Source: Bugula neritina
Taxonomy: Eukaryota > Animalia > Bryozoa
Length of the DNA: 33,652 nucleotides
Assembly (NCBI GenBank): GCA_964035545.1
Contig: CAXIUT010000151.1
Location: forward strand, 1 to 33,652
Reading direction: 5' to 3'
This document shows, piece after piece, positions 13,881 through 27,217 of the stretch; position 1 is the first letter of the stretch; the number at the start of each line of letters is the position of its first letter. The translations under genes and the position numbers were made by a program. The notes beneath the pieces were generated by a model. It was not told the DNA's origin. It did not search any database and saw only the letters and a program-made list of their open reading frames with translations.

Positions 13881-16411
13881 TCACATTTGGAACATATTAT
13901 TCCGAATATCTGCTTCTACACTGGTAAAGGTGATATTGCTTTTGACTGATATATCTGAGACCCAATTGGTTCGTTTGGTCGGATTGCCATTCATCAGATA
14001 GGGAACTAATGATAGGTTTTTGTTTATTTTTAGGATGCCTGCTTTGTTGTTTGAATTTGCATAGTTAGGAACAGAAAAGATGCTTAGAGTTGGGTGTTAT
14101 TCATCTACTCCATGGGGAAGACCGTCTCTGGTATTGATTAGCATTTCAACTCCATTATTTTACAAAAATTATTAGATTTATTCTTAGGAACATGATTTAG
14201 ATTAGTAATTTAACCTTTTCTAGTCTTTAGTGCCTGACCAAAGTACATCCATTACGATTTGACTATTTCTGACTTTGACTGGTCTTACTATATCTTTAAT
14301 ATCTGACAAACTATCAATAGAACCTACTCCACTATGCAGACATAAAAATTTATCTTCAATCGCTGCTGCTAGTGGAAGGCAATCAAAGAAGTTATTAATG
14401 TGATTGAAGACACTGTTTAGATCGTTTATGTTCTATCCTAATCTGATAGAACACTCTTATCCTAATCCACATATTCTATTGATAGTTGAATCTTAATGTT
14501 TTCCTCTGAGAAGTGTGATATGTTCAGGATATTTTATTTTTAAAGCCATGAGTAGACAAATAGTCTAGAGAGAATTGAAACCTTTATCAACATAGTTGCC
14601 CAAAAAGACATATTAGTTGCTTTCCATTTATCTTTCATCTGGGAGTCCAAAGTTTTAAAAAAGACGAAGAAGATCATAAAATCTACCATAGATGCTTCCA
14701 AAGATTTTGACAGGAGGTCTAACTCCTACCAAAGTAGACTATTTTAGCATTAATTTAGAACATTATTGACACAATTTATTGACTTTATCTTTTTTGAAGG
14801 GAAAGAGAGTTGATGTGATATTTTTTTGTTGATGACTAATTAATAAAGTTTTAAGTACTTCTTCTACTAATTCCATAGCATTGATATCAATATATTTACT
14901 ATCTTATTGTAGTATAATGCCTACTTTTTTACTTTGTTCTGCTAAACTATTGACAGCAACTTTTTATATTTTCATTGTATTGGAATTGTCTTAAAAAGCT
15001 ATAACTGCTTAGTTGCTAAGTCTGATATTTTTTATTGAGTTGATGATACGACTTGGAGTTAAATCTCTTTATTTGGTCTTATTGAGGTTATTTGTTATTC
15101 CTGATTTTATTCTTGAATTTCTATAGACTATTTTTTAATTTTAGTTATTTTGGTCTCTTTGTTATTTCTTTATTTTAGACATTATGTTGGTATTTGTTAT
15201 GTTTTGATGATTATTTTGGGTCATATTTTGAAGATTATCGTTTTGTGTGAGAATTTTTCTTTATTTTTATGCCTATTTTGGTTTTATTTGTTGACTTGTG
15301 TTTTAAAGCCAGTTGTTGTTGACTGTTTTAGGTGCTCCCAAAAGAGAACTTAAATTTATAGATATCATTGATTAAAGAGGTTGTGATGCTTGTTCAGGTT
15401 AGAATCCTCCATGTACATAAAGGTTAGTTTTATTGTAAAGAGCAATAGCGTGGCGATATCTGCTGACTGAGTTGGTTCTGATCCATTCTGACTTCTAAGT
15501 ATCATAAAATTCTATTTGAGAGACAGATTAGTCAGGATTATTGGTTCTTCCTCCCATGATGACAAGCATACTGCCCATAAAGCATACAAGATGTTGGTAT
15601 CGACAGATAGGAGTATAGGTTTATGATTTTGGTGGAGTTACCCAGTCCCAACTACCATCTCTGTGTTTTCTTAATCCCCAGATATCGTTTAGTGCTGCGA
15701 CTGTTAGCTCTTTATGAGAACCATTATGATCTTTTTTAGTTTATTTTCTTCCTCCAAATACTACCATCATCCCAAAGGCTGAACCTTACTCACAGATAGC
15801 AGCTGCATGGTAGACTCTTGGACAGGGAGCTATTTTATTTTGGAATTCATATTTTTGCCAAGTGAAGGGTCCTTTGAGAATGTTGAGTAGCCATACATCG
15901 TTTTATGCTTTGTTGCCTGAATTGCCTCCGAAAACAACTAGATGAGGTTTGTTGAAGAGCATAGTATGTCCGTATCTCTGTCCTGGAGTGGAACTCTTAT
16001 TAGAGACTTAAATTATTTTCCAGATGGGTCTGTATTGTCAAAAAGCTTACTCTTTTCTGAGATCGAGGATGTATAGTTAATCTTTGAGAAGGCCTTGGTT
16101 ACCTGATGCAGCTCCTCCATATACAATTAATTGCATATCTGAGACTGCGACAGCTGCATGTGCTGCTCTCTCTGAGGGGATGAATTAGTTTTTGAAGTTG
16201 AGTTTAGTCCATTTGGAGGAGATGAAATCGTAGAGGAAGGTTTCGTTGGTGATGACGAATTTATCTATGTGAGTTGGGTTGTACTGGCAAGAGAGACTGC
16301 ACCTCCAAAGAGTACAGCTTTTGAGTTGGAGACCATGGTGAAGGTATGTCCAAATCTTGGGCTGGGAATATCACCAGTAGTTTTTACTTTTTATGAAGGA
16401 AGGGATCTCAT
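13881..16411 (-). CDS. Kelch-domain PPP phosphatase (PPKL/BSU1 family), catalytically degenerate
   Basis: [19 protein letters not shown] and [18 protein letters not shown] are PPKL hallmarks. The PPP domain reads GSIYG, GNYVDKG and LRGKHE. Intron 16265-16284. Confidence 0.92.
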
Positions 16412-16499
16412 TCAAAAGTTAACGTTCAATATAATTACGGCAAAATAAATATTTAAAATAAGATGTATTTTAAACAAATATTATGATAGACTATGAATA

Positions 16500-17120
<621 letters not shown>

Positions 17121-17269
17121 TTATTGTTAGTTTAGAATATCGGTATTAAACAGTTATGATAGCTCATACTATTTTAAATTATATAATTGAAAAGAATATG
17201 ACTGGTTTTTATCTGATTGTTTATCATTGATTTATATTATTTATCTTTGTTTATATTGTTTTTATAGTT

Positions 17270-17988
17270 ATGAAGTTGCTTAATATCACTTGGGGATTGC
17301 TAGTTGAAACTAAAAATTACTATCGACAGAGTTTGGGAAGGTTTCTTAGAGAAGCAGGTCTAGAACTAGATCGCAGAGGGTCTAGGATGGTTAAAGATAT
17401 TGCATATCTCTAGCCAATCAATCGACACAGAAATATATTAAACATTTGGTCTTATCGTTTAGCTTTGTCTCCATCAGTCCATGTTGCTCCTAATGCAACT
17501 GTCTATGGCAATGTATCTTTGGCACAAAATGTGTATGTTGGGTTTGGAGCTGTTGTCGATGGATTGAGCAATCCTGTACGAGTTGGAGCTGATACTAAAA
17601 TAGGAGATAATTCTACAGTCCATTCAGCTTTCTGGGTGCCTGAGTAGGCTTTTCCAATGTCGACTACTATCGGTAATAATGTCAACATTGAACATTCTTG
17701 CACCATTAATAACGCTATTATTGATGATGGTGCACACATTGGATTCAAAAGTGTTGTGATGGAAGGCGCTCAAATCGAAAGAGGGTATTTTTTTGTTTAT
17801 TTAGAGTTGTAGTTGCTCCTAATTCTTATGTACCTGCTGGTAGCAGATTACCAGAAAATACTTTATGGGCTGGAAATCCTGTCAAATATGTGAAGAACCT
17901 GGAATCCTTTGAAAACAGACTTGAAAAAGAGCAGAATGAAAGAGATATCAGGTTGTAGATAGAAGAATAGGGGTAGATAAAAGCATGA
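17270..17988 (+). CDS. Gamma carbonic anhydrase-like subunit of mitochondrial complex I
   Basis: LGRFLREAGLELDRRGSRM..EPINRHRN N-terminal motif, then hexapeptide repeats (VAPNATVYGNV). Intron 17785-17804. Confidence 0.9.
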
Positions 17989-18042
17989 TTTATGATAGAA
18001 TCATATCAATCTTATAAGATTTGGTGAGGTTATAAATATATA

Positions 18043-19078
18043 ATGATAGTCAAATTAAAATCGGTTGTTTGTTCGATAAGTAAGAGGAATTTAAGAGGTT
18101 ATTCTTTTGGTAGTATTCAATAATTTACTCCTGAATAGCTTAAAAATTCACAAAAATATGTTTAAGATAATATTCGTAATCGCACATGGATAACTTATAT
18201 GTTGGCAAGTTATTTTCCTGTTCCCCTTCGACCAGCTTTCTATTCCATTCACTTATTTGATATGGAATTAACAAAAATATCTTAAAATGCAAGATAACCT
18301 CCTTTGGGTATAGATTGCTTTATTAAGCTCTTGGAAAACTTGATTTTTGGAAAGATACTCTATTTAGAATCTATAATGGATAAAAACCACAACCATAGCC
18401 TCTATCCATCACTCTTCATCACGCTATCAATAATAACCCTCTTACATATGGCTATCTAACAAGAATGATCCAAGTACGTGCCCATGAGATCACTAATCGT
18501 TCACTATCGACTATGGGAGAGATGTTGAAGATGGCGGATGATAGTAAGGGAACGATGATAGCTCTTCTTTTGGAGTTGTTGAGGATATAAATTAGTAATG
18601 AGCATATCAAAAATGTGATAGATTACCTTGGACAAGCAGTAATTTTGTTGATAGATAGATTGGAATATGTGAGTATATAAGAAGAGTGCCTTTTTCTTTG
18701 AGAAATAATCGTTTTCTTTTGCCTTAGGAAATTTTGAATAGGTATAATTTGACTACTAAAAATATCTGGGATAGAGTTTATGGCAAGCCATCTGAAGAGC
18801 TGTTTGATTGTATTTTGGAAATAGCTTCTCATGCTAAAAAGGCATTTGATCTTGCTGTTCAAATATACAAAGATCATCCTTAATCTTTTCCTTAGCATAC
18901 ATTTAGAGCATTTTTGAAGGGAGTTGAGACAGAATACTATTTATAAAAGCTATAGGAGTATAATTTTAATTTATTTGACCAAAATCTTCACAATGTGAGT
19001 CCAGTGAAGCTTCCTTACCGAGTCTACAATGCAGCTAAGGCAAAGAAATTCAGTGTGGGCATGAGTTTAAAGAAATGA
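18043..19078 (+). CDS. NDUFAF6: Complex I assembly factor NDUFAF6-like (squalene/phytoene synthase fold)
   Basis: Basic N-terminal presequence, LRPAFYSIHLFDMEL, KLDFWKDTL, LGQAIGICEYIRRVP, LLPEEIL and EYYLEKLEEYNFNLFD. Introns 18308-18327 and 18639-18658. Confidence 0.8.
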
Positions 19079-19155
19079 TGATATTTAAAAGAGTATTTAT
19101 CTATTTATACAATTGATATATTATATTTTTACACTTATTGATATCTTATTATATA

Positions 19156-19294
19156 GGTTGGGGTTGGGGTTGGGGTTGGGGTTGGGGTTGGGGTTGGGGT
19201 TGGGGTTGGGGTTGGGGTTGGGGTTGGGGTTGGGGTTGGGGTTGGGGTTGGGGTTGGGGTTGGGGTTGGGGTTGGGGTTGGGGTTGGGGTTGGG
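19156..19294 (+). repeat. Right telomere (TTGGGG)n, 139 bp, fused to the next fragment
   Basis: Perfect array 77 nt after the NDUFAF6 stop, ending GGGGTTGGG. Confidence 0.97.
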
Positions 19295-19599
19295 TCCTAT
19301 CACTATTGGCTGCATATTTTGGATATCACTATTTGAGAAATAGATATCGAACTGTTAAAACTTACTAATCTATCGTAAAAACATCTAAAAGACCATAAAA
19401 GAATGAATTAACTAATCAAGAAATCAACAAGTTGATGAAGACTGCATAGTTTTAAAAATATAAAAAAGAATGCGAGAACGGTAGACTTGGAGGTGTTAGA
19501 TCTGTATAACTGAGCGACTAAGAAGTCAAGAAGAGAGAAGATATACAAGCAGTGATGGATGAGTTAGCAAAGATGTAGGAAGCGATCTTTGATATCTGA
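19295..19599 (+). CDS. 5'-truncated gene remnant (end of a membrane segment plus a charged tail)
   Basis: Open frame directly from the junction, (W)VLSLLAAYFGYHYLRNRYR...MEEAIFDI-TGA, with no start codon. Confidence 0.7.
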
Positions 19600-19717
19600 A
19601 TTTATTTTCTTGTTTTTATTTGTTGCAATATTTCTAGTAAAATATATTGGCGCACATTTGACTATTTATATTTGTCATTTTAGAAGAATATAATAGTGTA
19701 AATAATCATTTTGAGAT

Positions 19718-21009
19718 TCATTAGTGTATGCATAGTTCTTATGATGTCTATAGACCTTTGTATTTATCTATGAAGGGATGTTTTAATATTGTATTTGGAC
19801 ATGGTCGCTTTCCTGGATTTTTTCTTAATATAAAAGTTATAAAACTTCTTACCTCAGGAGATCCTGTCTGCATCTGAAAGTCTTAAGTTACTATTTTAGA
19901 TAAATCTTCTTTTGTTTTTATTTTAAAAGGATTGTCAGAGGTAAGCAACTAATGAGCTAGTGAGCCGATAGCCCAGGAATCTATTTTGTTATTATACATC
20001 ATTCCTTTTAGTATTTATGGAGATAGGTATAATGGAGTTCCACAGATAGTTGATCTACAATCTTTGGGGCAGTGAACAGACCATCCGAAATCACAAATTT
20101 TAACCATTCCCTAAATAAATTAAATAATACATGGCAAAGAACGATATTTTATAACTTTATATCTCTGTGAATGATCTATCTTTCATGCATGTGTTCTACT
20201 CCAAGAGCGATTTCTCTGATCATGATGGAAGTAGATTCTTATGAGAAGGTTTTCTTTTGTTCTAAAAGGTCAAAGAGATGACCATCACATGCCAGTTCTA
20301 GGAAAAGATAAATATTGATTTAATCGCTAAAGAAATCGTAGAGTTTAATAAGATTTGGATGACTTAGGTATGATTGGATTTTTATCTATCTGATGAGTTG
20401 GTTTATGGCTTTTTGGTTTTCTTAAGGACGGTTATTTAGGAGTTATTTTTTGTTGATAACTTTTAAAGCTCCTATAAATCCAGTTTTTATATGGCTAAAT
20501 AACTAATAAAAGTACTTAACAAGGAATACTTATCCGAATTTCCCTTTTCCAAGCTTTTTTATTTTTTTGAACTATGATAGTCTTGAAGGTGGCTCTTGAC
20601 GTTTATTTTTAGGTGTCGGACAGAGTGTAGAGCCAGTTTATCTCAATTTGAACATATCAAGATTGAATGGTTTTTTGAATGATTGTATTTGAGGTTATTC
20701 AAGTAGCAAATTATTATTTTTCAAGTTTGTAAACTTATTTTAATATTTGATTCTATATTAAGACTGATTATTTCTTTTTCTATTTTCGAGCATTTAAATA
20801 AACGATCCTTTCGTTGGTTTAATATTAGGAACTATTTAATGATTTTGTTTTTGTTCATAGATGTGACGGCTGGTTTGAGGGACATTGTATTTATTTTAAA
20901 AAAGAAAATGCTGAGAGTTAGCGAGATGGCTGTTATTGATGAAATCTTGAGTATTTCTGCGAGGTAGTTGTTTAAAGTGGTAGTTGTTTTTGTTTTTCTT
21001 CTATGTCAT
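19718..21009 (-). CDS. Aurora-like Ser/Thr protein kinase
   Basis: [48 protein letters not shown] and [10 protein letters not shown]. Introns 20495-20515 and 20111-20130. Confidence 0.93.
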
Positions 21010-21019
21010 ATCAATTATT

Positions 21020-22352
21020 TCAATGGAACATCAAACAATAAAAATCTGATCTTCCAAATAACTTAAACTATTTTATTAAAGTTTTCACTAACTTTCTCAG
21101 GATACATTTCTCACACATATATATCATCTTGAAGCAAGGTAAATCAACAATATCAAAGTCCAGTTCTTTTAAGTATTAAATGCTAAATCTGGTTTTTATG
21201 ATATCAATAAACTATAATACAAAATATACTGTCAACTAATAAATGCAAATACTATGTTAAAAACTACTGATTAATGTAATTGATCTGATGAGTAGAGTAA
21301 AAAGATATCATTTTTTTATTAACTATATTTTTATATTTTATAAATCTTTTGAACTTAAACTAGATTAGTATAATTTTTGATGGATTTTGAATTATTTTCT
21401 TTTCTATTTGCTTAATGTTAAATATGAACAATAAGGATTATATTTTCTCTCTACTAATCCATCTTTTAAATAGTCCTTTCTCTTATTTATTACTATGTTA
21501 ATACTAAATTACTTTTAGAAAGCTATTTTATTTTAGCCAATGATAATATCTGTTTAAGTGCTTTACCTGATGGCATTTCTTTTCTCTATGATACTACATT
21601 TTTAATAGATTTCATCAAAGCAGAACGTTGAGATAACAATACTTCTTGTTAATGCTTATCTGCATAAAATTATTCAACTGCACTGTTGTCTTTATGAGTG
21701 CCTTCTTATTTAAATTAAATGATTGGATTTCTTTAAAAATGTAGAAAGCTTTAAACTCTATCTGTTTTGTTTGTTTTGTTATTGTTGGTTTAAGCTTATG
21801 ACATGAAAACGAGTTATGATCTATCTGTGTGGTTAGTTTTATTTCTATTTCTATGTTAAAGATGATATACTTTCTTATTTTTAACATTTATGTTGATAAT
21901 CTATCTTATACTCTAATATTTTTAATCTAATTTTTTATTTATGAATGATTTCTTTTTATTTTATTTGAAATAGATCTTACTTTTTATTCATTTCTAAAAT
22001 TCATTTTATATTCAGTATTTCTTAACTTTTTGTTTCTACTCATTTTTTTTGGCTAGCAACTGTTTTCATTATTTCTTCTTAAAAACATTTATCTATCTAA
22101 ATAATTATCATTTTTATTTTTATTGCTATTATTTGTTAGTACTATTTCTTCGATATCTTTTATTATTTATTTTTGTTAAGATAATTATAATTTATCTCTA
22201 TTTTTTTTGATATTTGATTTGAAAGTAAAGGTATTTTCTAGTTGTTTTATCTTTTTTTGGCAGTTATCTCTTAAATTTAATGGTTTTCTTTATAATTATG
22301 GATCTTTAGAATGTCTTTGATGTGAGGGTATTATTAGACTCGTTATCTGCAT
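21020..22352 (-). CDS. Hypothetical K/N/E-rich protein, 3' end uncertain
   Basis: Long open frame from ATG 22352 with a 20-nt intron at 21851-21870. The stop could be near 21308, 21232 or 21020 depending on splicing. Confidence 0.5.
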
Positions 22353-22392
22353 GTTTATTATTATTAGTAATTTACAATAATAGATCTTATTG

Positions 22393-23797
22393 ATGAAAAG
22401 TAATCTGGAGCTCTTTAGGGAATCGATAAAAGAGTATAATCCAACTGAATAAATTGAAAATATTTAGTAGTTTACCCAATTAGCAAACCATCTTTGTGAT
22501 CAAAAGTTATTACATCCTCTTTAAGTTAAAAAACTTATTCATAAATTAGGCAATTCAAAAGACATCAAATTTCCTCTTAATTTTCAACAACTTTAGCAAA
22601 TAATAAGTAAAGTGTTAATTATTTAGTGACTCAATTTGGAGATAAGAACCTTATGTAGATGTTATAAAGTTTTAAGAGTTTAAAATTGAAACTTCGACAG
22701 GTGAAAGGAGTATTAAATATTTGGAAAGATAAGGGAATGACTCAAAAATAACGATATTAACTAGAATCGATCTTTTAGAAAGGAAATAGTCAAATGAGAT
22801 CATTTTTTAAAGTTCTGGAAAATTAAAAACATATTTTATAAAATATATACGAACAAGAACAACAGATGATTGATAGTCTTGATGAATGGATAAAAATGCA
22901 AAAAATAGCTCAACCTTTTAAAAACTACTAATAGTATCAATCTCACCATCTAAAATTGATATAGCAAATGTTCAATCGACTAAGAGTGAGAGAAGTTCAT
23001 TTTAAACATAGAATTAATACATCGAAAATGTCTAAAATATAAACAGCTATTGGCATGGATTCTAGAAATGATTAGCCAGTAGAGGTGACCTTTATTCCCA
23101 AGTATTTATCAAGTTATTCAGGAGGACTTTAGAATTTGATGTATTGAATAAATAGCTTTTAACATTTAATGCTAAAAAGTAGTTGATGATGTCATCCCAT
23201 TTTAATAGGTTTTTGGGGTATAATACACATCATGATGCTAACTGTTTTCTTTATTTTAGTTAGTTTATTGAAGGAAAAAATCTATAAGAATTTATAAGTT
23301 CTGTCAAAATATAACTTTAGGAGGAAACTCCTTTATTCAAATATTGGGCTAGTATGATATTTTAAGCATTTTTCGACCTATATCTTATGTGCTCCTATAC
23401 AGTTGAATTACCTTTAAGTCTAAAAGATTTCTAAGTTGGAAGTAGTGGTCTTAAACTCATCATTAAACATATCAAATTTAATGATTTCAGAACCAATAAT
23501 TAAAACTAAAATTATTAGGCTTAGCTACTTTAAAATTTAGCAATATTGATTCTAAGTTTGTTGAAAATTGATGTACAGTAATGGAGTAAACAAAATAAGC
23601 TAAATAGAGTATAGAACAAGAATATAATAAGTTGTTTATTAAGTGCGAGTACAGGTCATAAAAATTATAGATAGAAGAGAGTTAAAAGTTATATAAGTTT
23701 TTTCAATTCTCAAACTCATCCTCTTTTTGAAAGTCCCAACCTAACCATGGCTGAAACAGTTATTAATAACTATGAATATATTCTTAATTATAAATGA
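22393..23797 (+). CDS. Coiled-coil protein with a degenerate kinase-like C-terminal domain (putative pseudokinase)
   Basis: Hinge-like LYFSEFIEGKNLEEFI, LFKYWASMIFEAFFDL and terminal HPLF, but no HRD or DFG. Introns 22607-22626 and 23102-23121. Confidence 0.6.
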
Positions 23798-23871
23798 TCT
23801 CTATATTAAAAAATATATTAATAATAATATTAATCAATAGTAATGTACATAAATCAATAATAAAATATTAA

Positions 23872-23947
23872 GGGGTTGGGGTTGGGGTTGGGGGTTGGGG
23901 TTGGGGTTGGGGTTGGGGTTGGGGTTGGGGTTGGGGTTGGGGTTGGG
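23872..23947 (+). repeat. Right telomere (TTGGGG)n, 76 bp, fused to the next fragment
   Basis: Array 74 nt after the stop at 23797, with one G5 unit at 23890-23894, ending GGGGTTGGG. Confidence 0.97.
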
Positions 23948-26130
23948 ACTATGTTACAAATCGACCGAGTCGAACATCCTTTTCGATACCTGTTATCTTC
24001 TGATACTGCTTTTGCTGTTGTCGAAAGATCATGTTTATATTGTCTTATTTCATGTGGTTGGTCTTTTTGGTTAAAAATAATATTTGCACCTCTCATCAAA
24101 CTTGATAAGTATATGAAAAATACTTATAAACTATTGAATTCATCCAATTTTAATAGCATTTGACTGTGATAGAAATTTATACTTTAGCATAAAATAAAAG
24201 TTGTCTTTTTTAGATGGGTTTATACAGTTATTAAATTTCTATCTATTAAAGCTCTTGATAGACTTATCGAACTGTCAAGTAGTTCGTATAAAATACTGTA
24301 TGTTTTATCTAGTTATGGTTCTCCACTTATCCAGGCATAGTATAACTTTAGTGCTTTTGATATATCTTCTCTTGGATATATTTTTATCTGTTTGATATGA
24401 TCAGTTAGCATTTATGTTAAAAGATCCAAGCCTGAGTCTTTCTTATTGATGAGACTTACTAGGGTATTAGCAGGCTAGAGGTAGTTATTGGTCGAGATGA
24501 TGAACTTTTGAGATGTTTTGATGAGAAGTTATCTAAATAACTATTCAGAAAGATGGCTTTGAAGAAAATTCCAATTGATAGTCGAATAGAGTTTATTGGT
24601 AGCAATGAGAGAACTTGCTTACTCTACTATTCTTGAATGAGGTATCAGAAGTATATAGTAGATATATTCTTATTTCCCTTAGTTTGCCAGTTAAATAGTA
24701 TATGAAATAATGCGTTATGTAAGTTTATTCTATAAATAACCCTGGTCAACAAGAGAAGGATACTGATTGAGTAGAATAAGCAGGTGAAGTAGGTCATCTC
24801 TATCTAATAGTTCACTTTAATGACACTTGGTGAGACTATTATAGTCGAGAAGGTAGGTTCCATAGTAGATGTATTATCTTTCTAGATGATGTTTTTTATA
24901 GAAATCCATCATTTGTCCTCGGATTTAATCAAAAAGATCGGCATCTGTTTGATAATATATTCCTGTATTTCTTAAAAGAATCCATACACAGTCTAAAGTC
25001 AACGTATTCGATAGGACTTCACTTGAATATTTTCTTTATCCTTCAAGTGCGTATATTATTTGTTATCGAAAAACATCAGAGACTTTGTTTCTTGATAAAG
25101 TATCTAGTTTTATCTTTTGAGGAGTGCCTGATTGAATGCTATCGATATTATTTTATAAACTAGTAATAAAACTTTATTCACCTAGACTGTTTAGTAGCGA
25201 GATGGCTTCTTTTAGTTTGTTGGATCTTATGTAGAGGAATATTTTTCCCCAGATGGAGCCATGTTCTGGATCAAAGACATATTGTTCTTGTCTTTAGAAT
25301 TTGTTAAGATATTTTTGTTGTAGATAAAGAGTGATAGCTTGTTATTTGAGAGGCAAATCTTGTTAAAACTATTTTTATACTAATTTAAGACTATTAAGTA
25401 GAAGGTCAGTCATGAAGTTATTACTCGAGAAGTTGATATTTTTGAGTTGCTTGTACATAATATTCCATATTTTATGAGTTCCACTTTAATACATCAATCT
25501 AGCAATTTGATCATTTTATTTTTGTTATCCTATGAGAAAACTATCATTCTTTCTATAATTTTAAAGTTAAATATCACATATTTTCTTTACTACTTTGATA
25601 TACTTGTCTCTTTTGACTTTATCTCTTTAGATGTGGGAATGGATGATCAGATTAGCAGTTTTATCGAAAGGGTCTAAAGATGTACATCCTAATTTTATCA
25701 ATTTATCTTTAAAATATCTTTTCCTTATTTATCTTTTAGTCGAAATATGTTGAAGAAGGCTTGTTGAACAGTAATCTAATGCTTTTTTTGAGTATTCTTA
25801 ATGATTGAAGAGAATTGGCTACATGACTGCATTACCAATGATTGGTTATTATTTTGATTATTTATCTTTTGAGTTGTTTTAATTTGTTTTTTTGTGATTT
25901 ACGTATTCGAGAAGAGGTTTGATGTTCATTCCTTTTTATTTGAGCCATTATTTGCAGATTCCTTTTTGTTATCGATTAATGGATTGTTTTGAGAGACGAT
26001 TTTTGACCATATCTGAGAGTTCTGCTAAATTTCTGGGTTGTATTTTAGGTTATTGAGTTCTTTCTAGGAAGGTACTCATCATTTTGAGGTCGATACTTGA
26101 CGTAGTTGAGTTATTTTGTATTTGAAGCAT
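23948..26130 (-). CDS. Nucleoporin Nup93/Nic96-like, 3'-truncated at the telomere junction
   Basis: N-terminal PKIQPRNLAELSD, SIWGKIFLYIRSNKLKEAI, LDCVWILL, DLLHLLILL and RIISYT..EYIYYILLI resemble Nic96 blocks in order. The frame enters the repeat (..ICNIVPTP) with no stop. Confidence 0.6.
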
Positions 26131-26251
26131 TAATATTTAATTGACTAATTTGTCTATTAAATGATGTTTACTTCAAATATAATCTTGCTAGTTTATTTAA
26201 ATAAAATATGATTAATTATAATTATTAATGAGTTGCTATCATTTCATTCTA

Positions 26252-27016
26252 TCAGCATTAATTGAGAACTCCTGTTAATTATTCGTTGTTTTGATTGATT
26301 TCTCTTTTTTTTATTTTTCTTTATTTGAGAGACAAAAGAAAGAGTTCAAGTTAATAATTTTTTTGTTTGATAACTTTTATTTTTTATGATAGTTATTTCT
26401 TTTAATTCTACATAGTATATTCTTAACTGAAACATAAAGATTGAACTTATCTAAAGTTAGGTGTTTCAACTGGAACCATATCTTTCAAAGATACTTAACT
26501 TGATTAACTTAATATTTATAAATCTCTTAAACTGGTACTATTGTAGTCTTCCTATTTATTATTATATATTCTATTTGAGTTTTTTATAAATTATATAGTA
26601 TTTAGTTAACATGATGATAGTTATTGGTTATTTTGGAGGAGGTCATCCATTTTATTGATGAATTTTGAGGCAAAATTAGATATTTGTTATTGTTTTTGAT
26701 TTTAGATAATTATATTTTCTATCGAAGGTGTGGCTGTTGTGGGATTTGAAAACTTTTTTTGAGTTTATTCATTTTATTTACCTATTTGTTTATGATGTTT
26801 CTTCTATCTTTATGTCTGTCTTTATTTAGAACACTAATTGTGCGTTTTTTTGAAAGGCTCATGATTCTTATTGTATAATTCTTGTTTTGAAGACTAAGTG
26901 AGAGAATAGTAAGAAGGTATGATGCCACTAGGTTCAATAATATCAAGGCTGTCGACATGTTTGACGTCGATGTATGGTTTGAAGAAGGATTGTAGTTGTT
27001 TGAATTATGTTTCCAT
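26252..27016 (-). CDS. Hypothetical protein, 254 aa
   Basis: Uninterrupted frame METEFKQLQSFFKPYIDVKHVDSLDIIEP...GVLNEC-TGA. Confidence 0.65.
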
Positions 27017-27130
27017 AAGTAATATATGATTAATGGAATAAATAGCATAGATATCTTGACTTTTATAAAACCAATCATTCTATTGATAAAGATTTATTTG
27101 AAGATTAAAGAGTAATAATATATATAATCA

Positions 27131-27217
27131 GGGGTTGGGGTTGGGGTTGGGGTTGGGGTTGGGGTTGGGGTTGGGGTTGGGGTTGGGGTTGGGGTTGGGG
27201 TTGGGGTTGGGGTTGGG
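27131..27217 (+). repeat. Right telomere (TTGGGG)n, 87 bp, fused to the next fragment
   Basis: Perfect array ending GGGGTTGGG. Confidence 0.97.

Noticed and set aside
26782-27078. 98-aa minus-strand ORF from the track
   Set aside because: It is a shadow frame. The frame starting at ATG 27016 stays open for 254 codons and is preferred.
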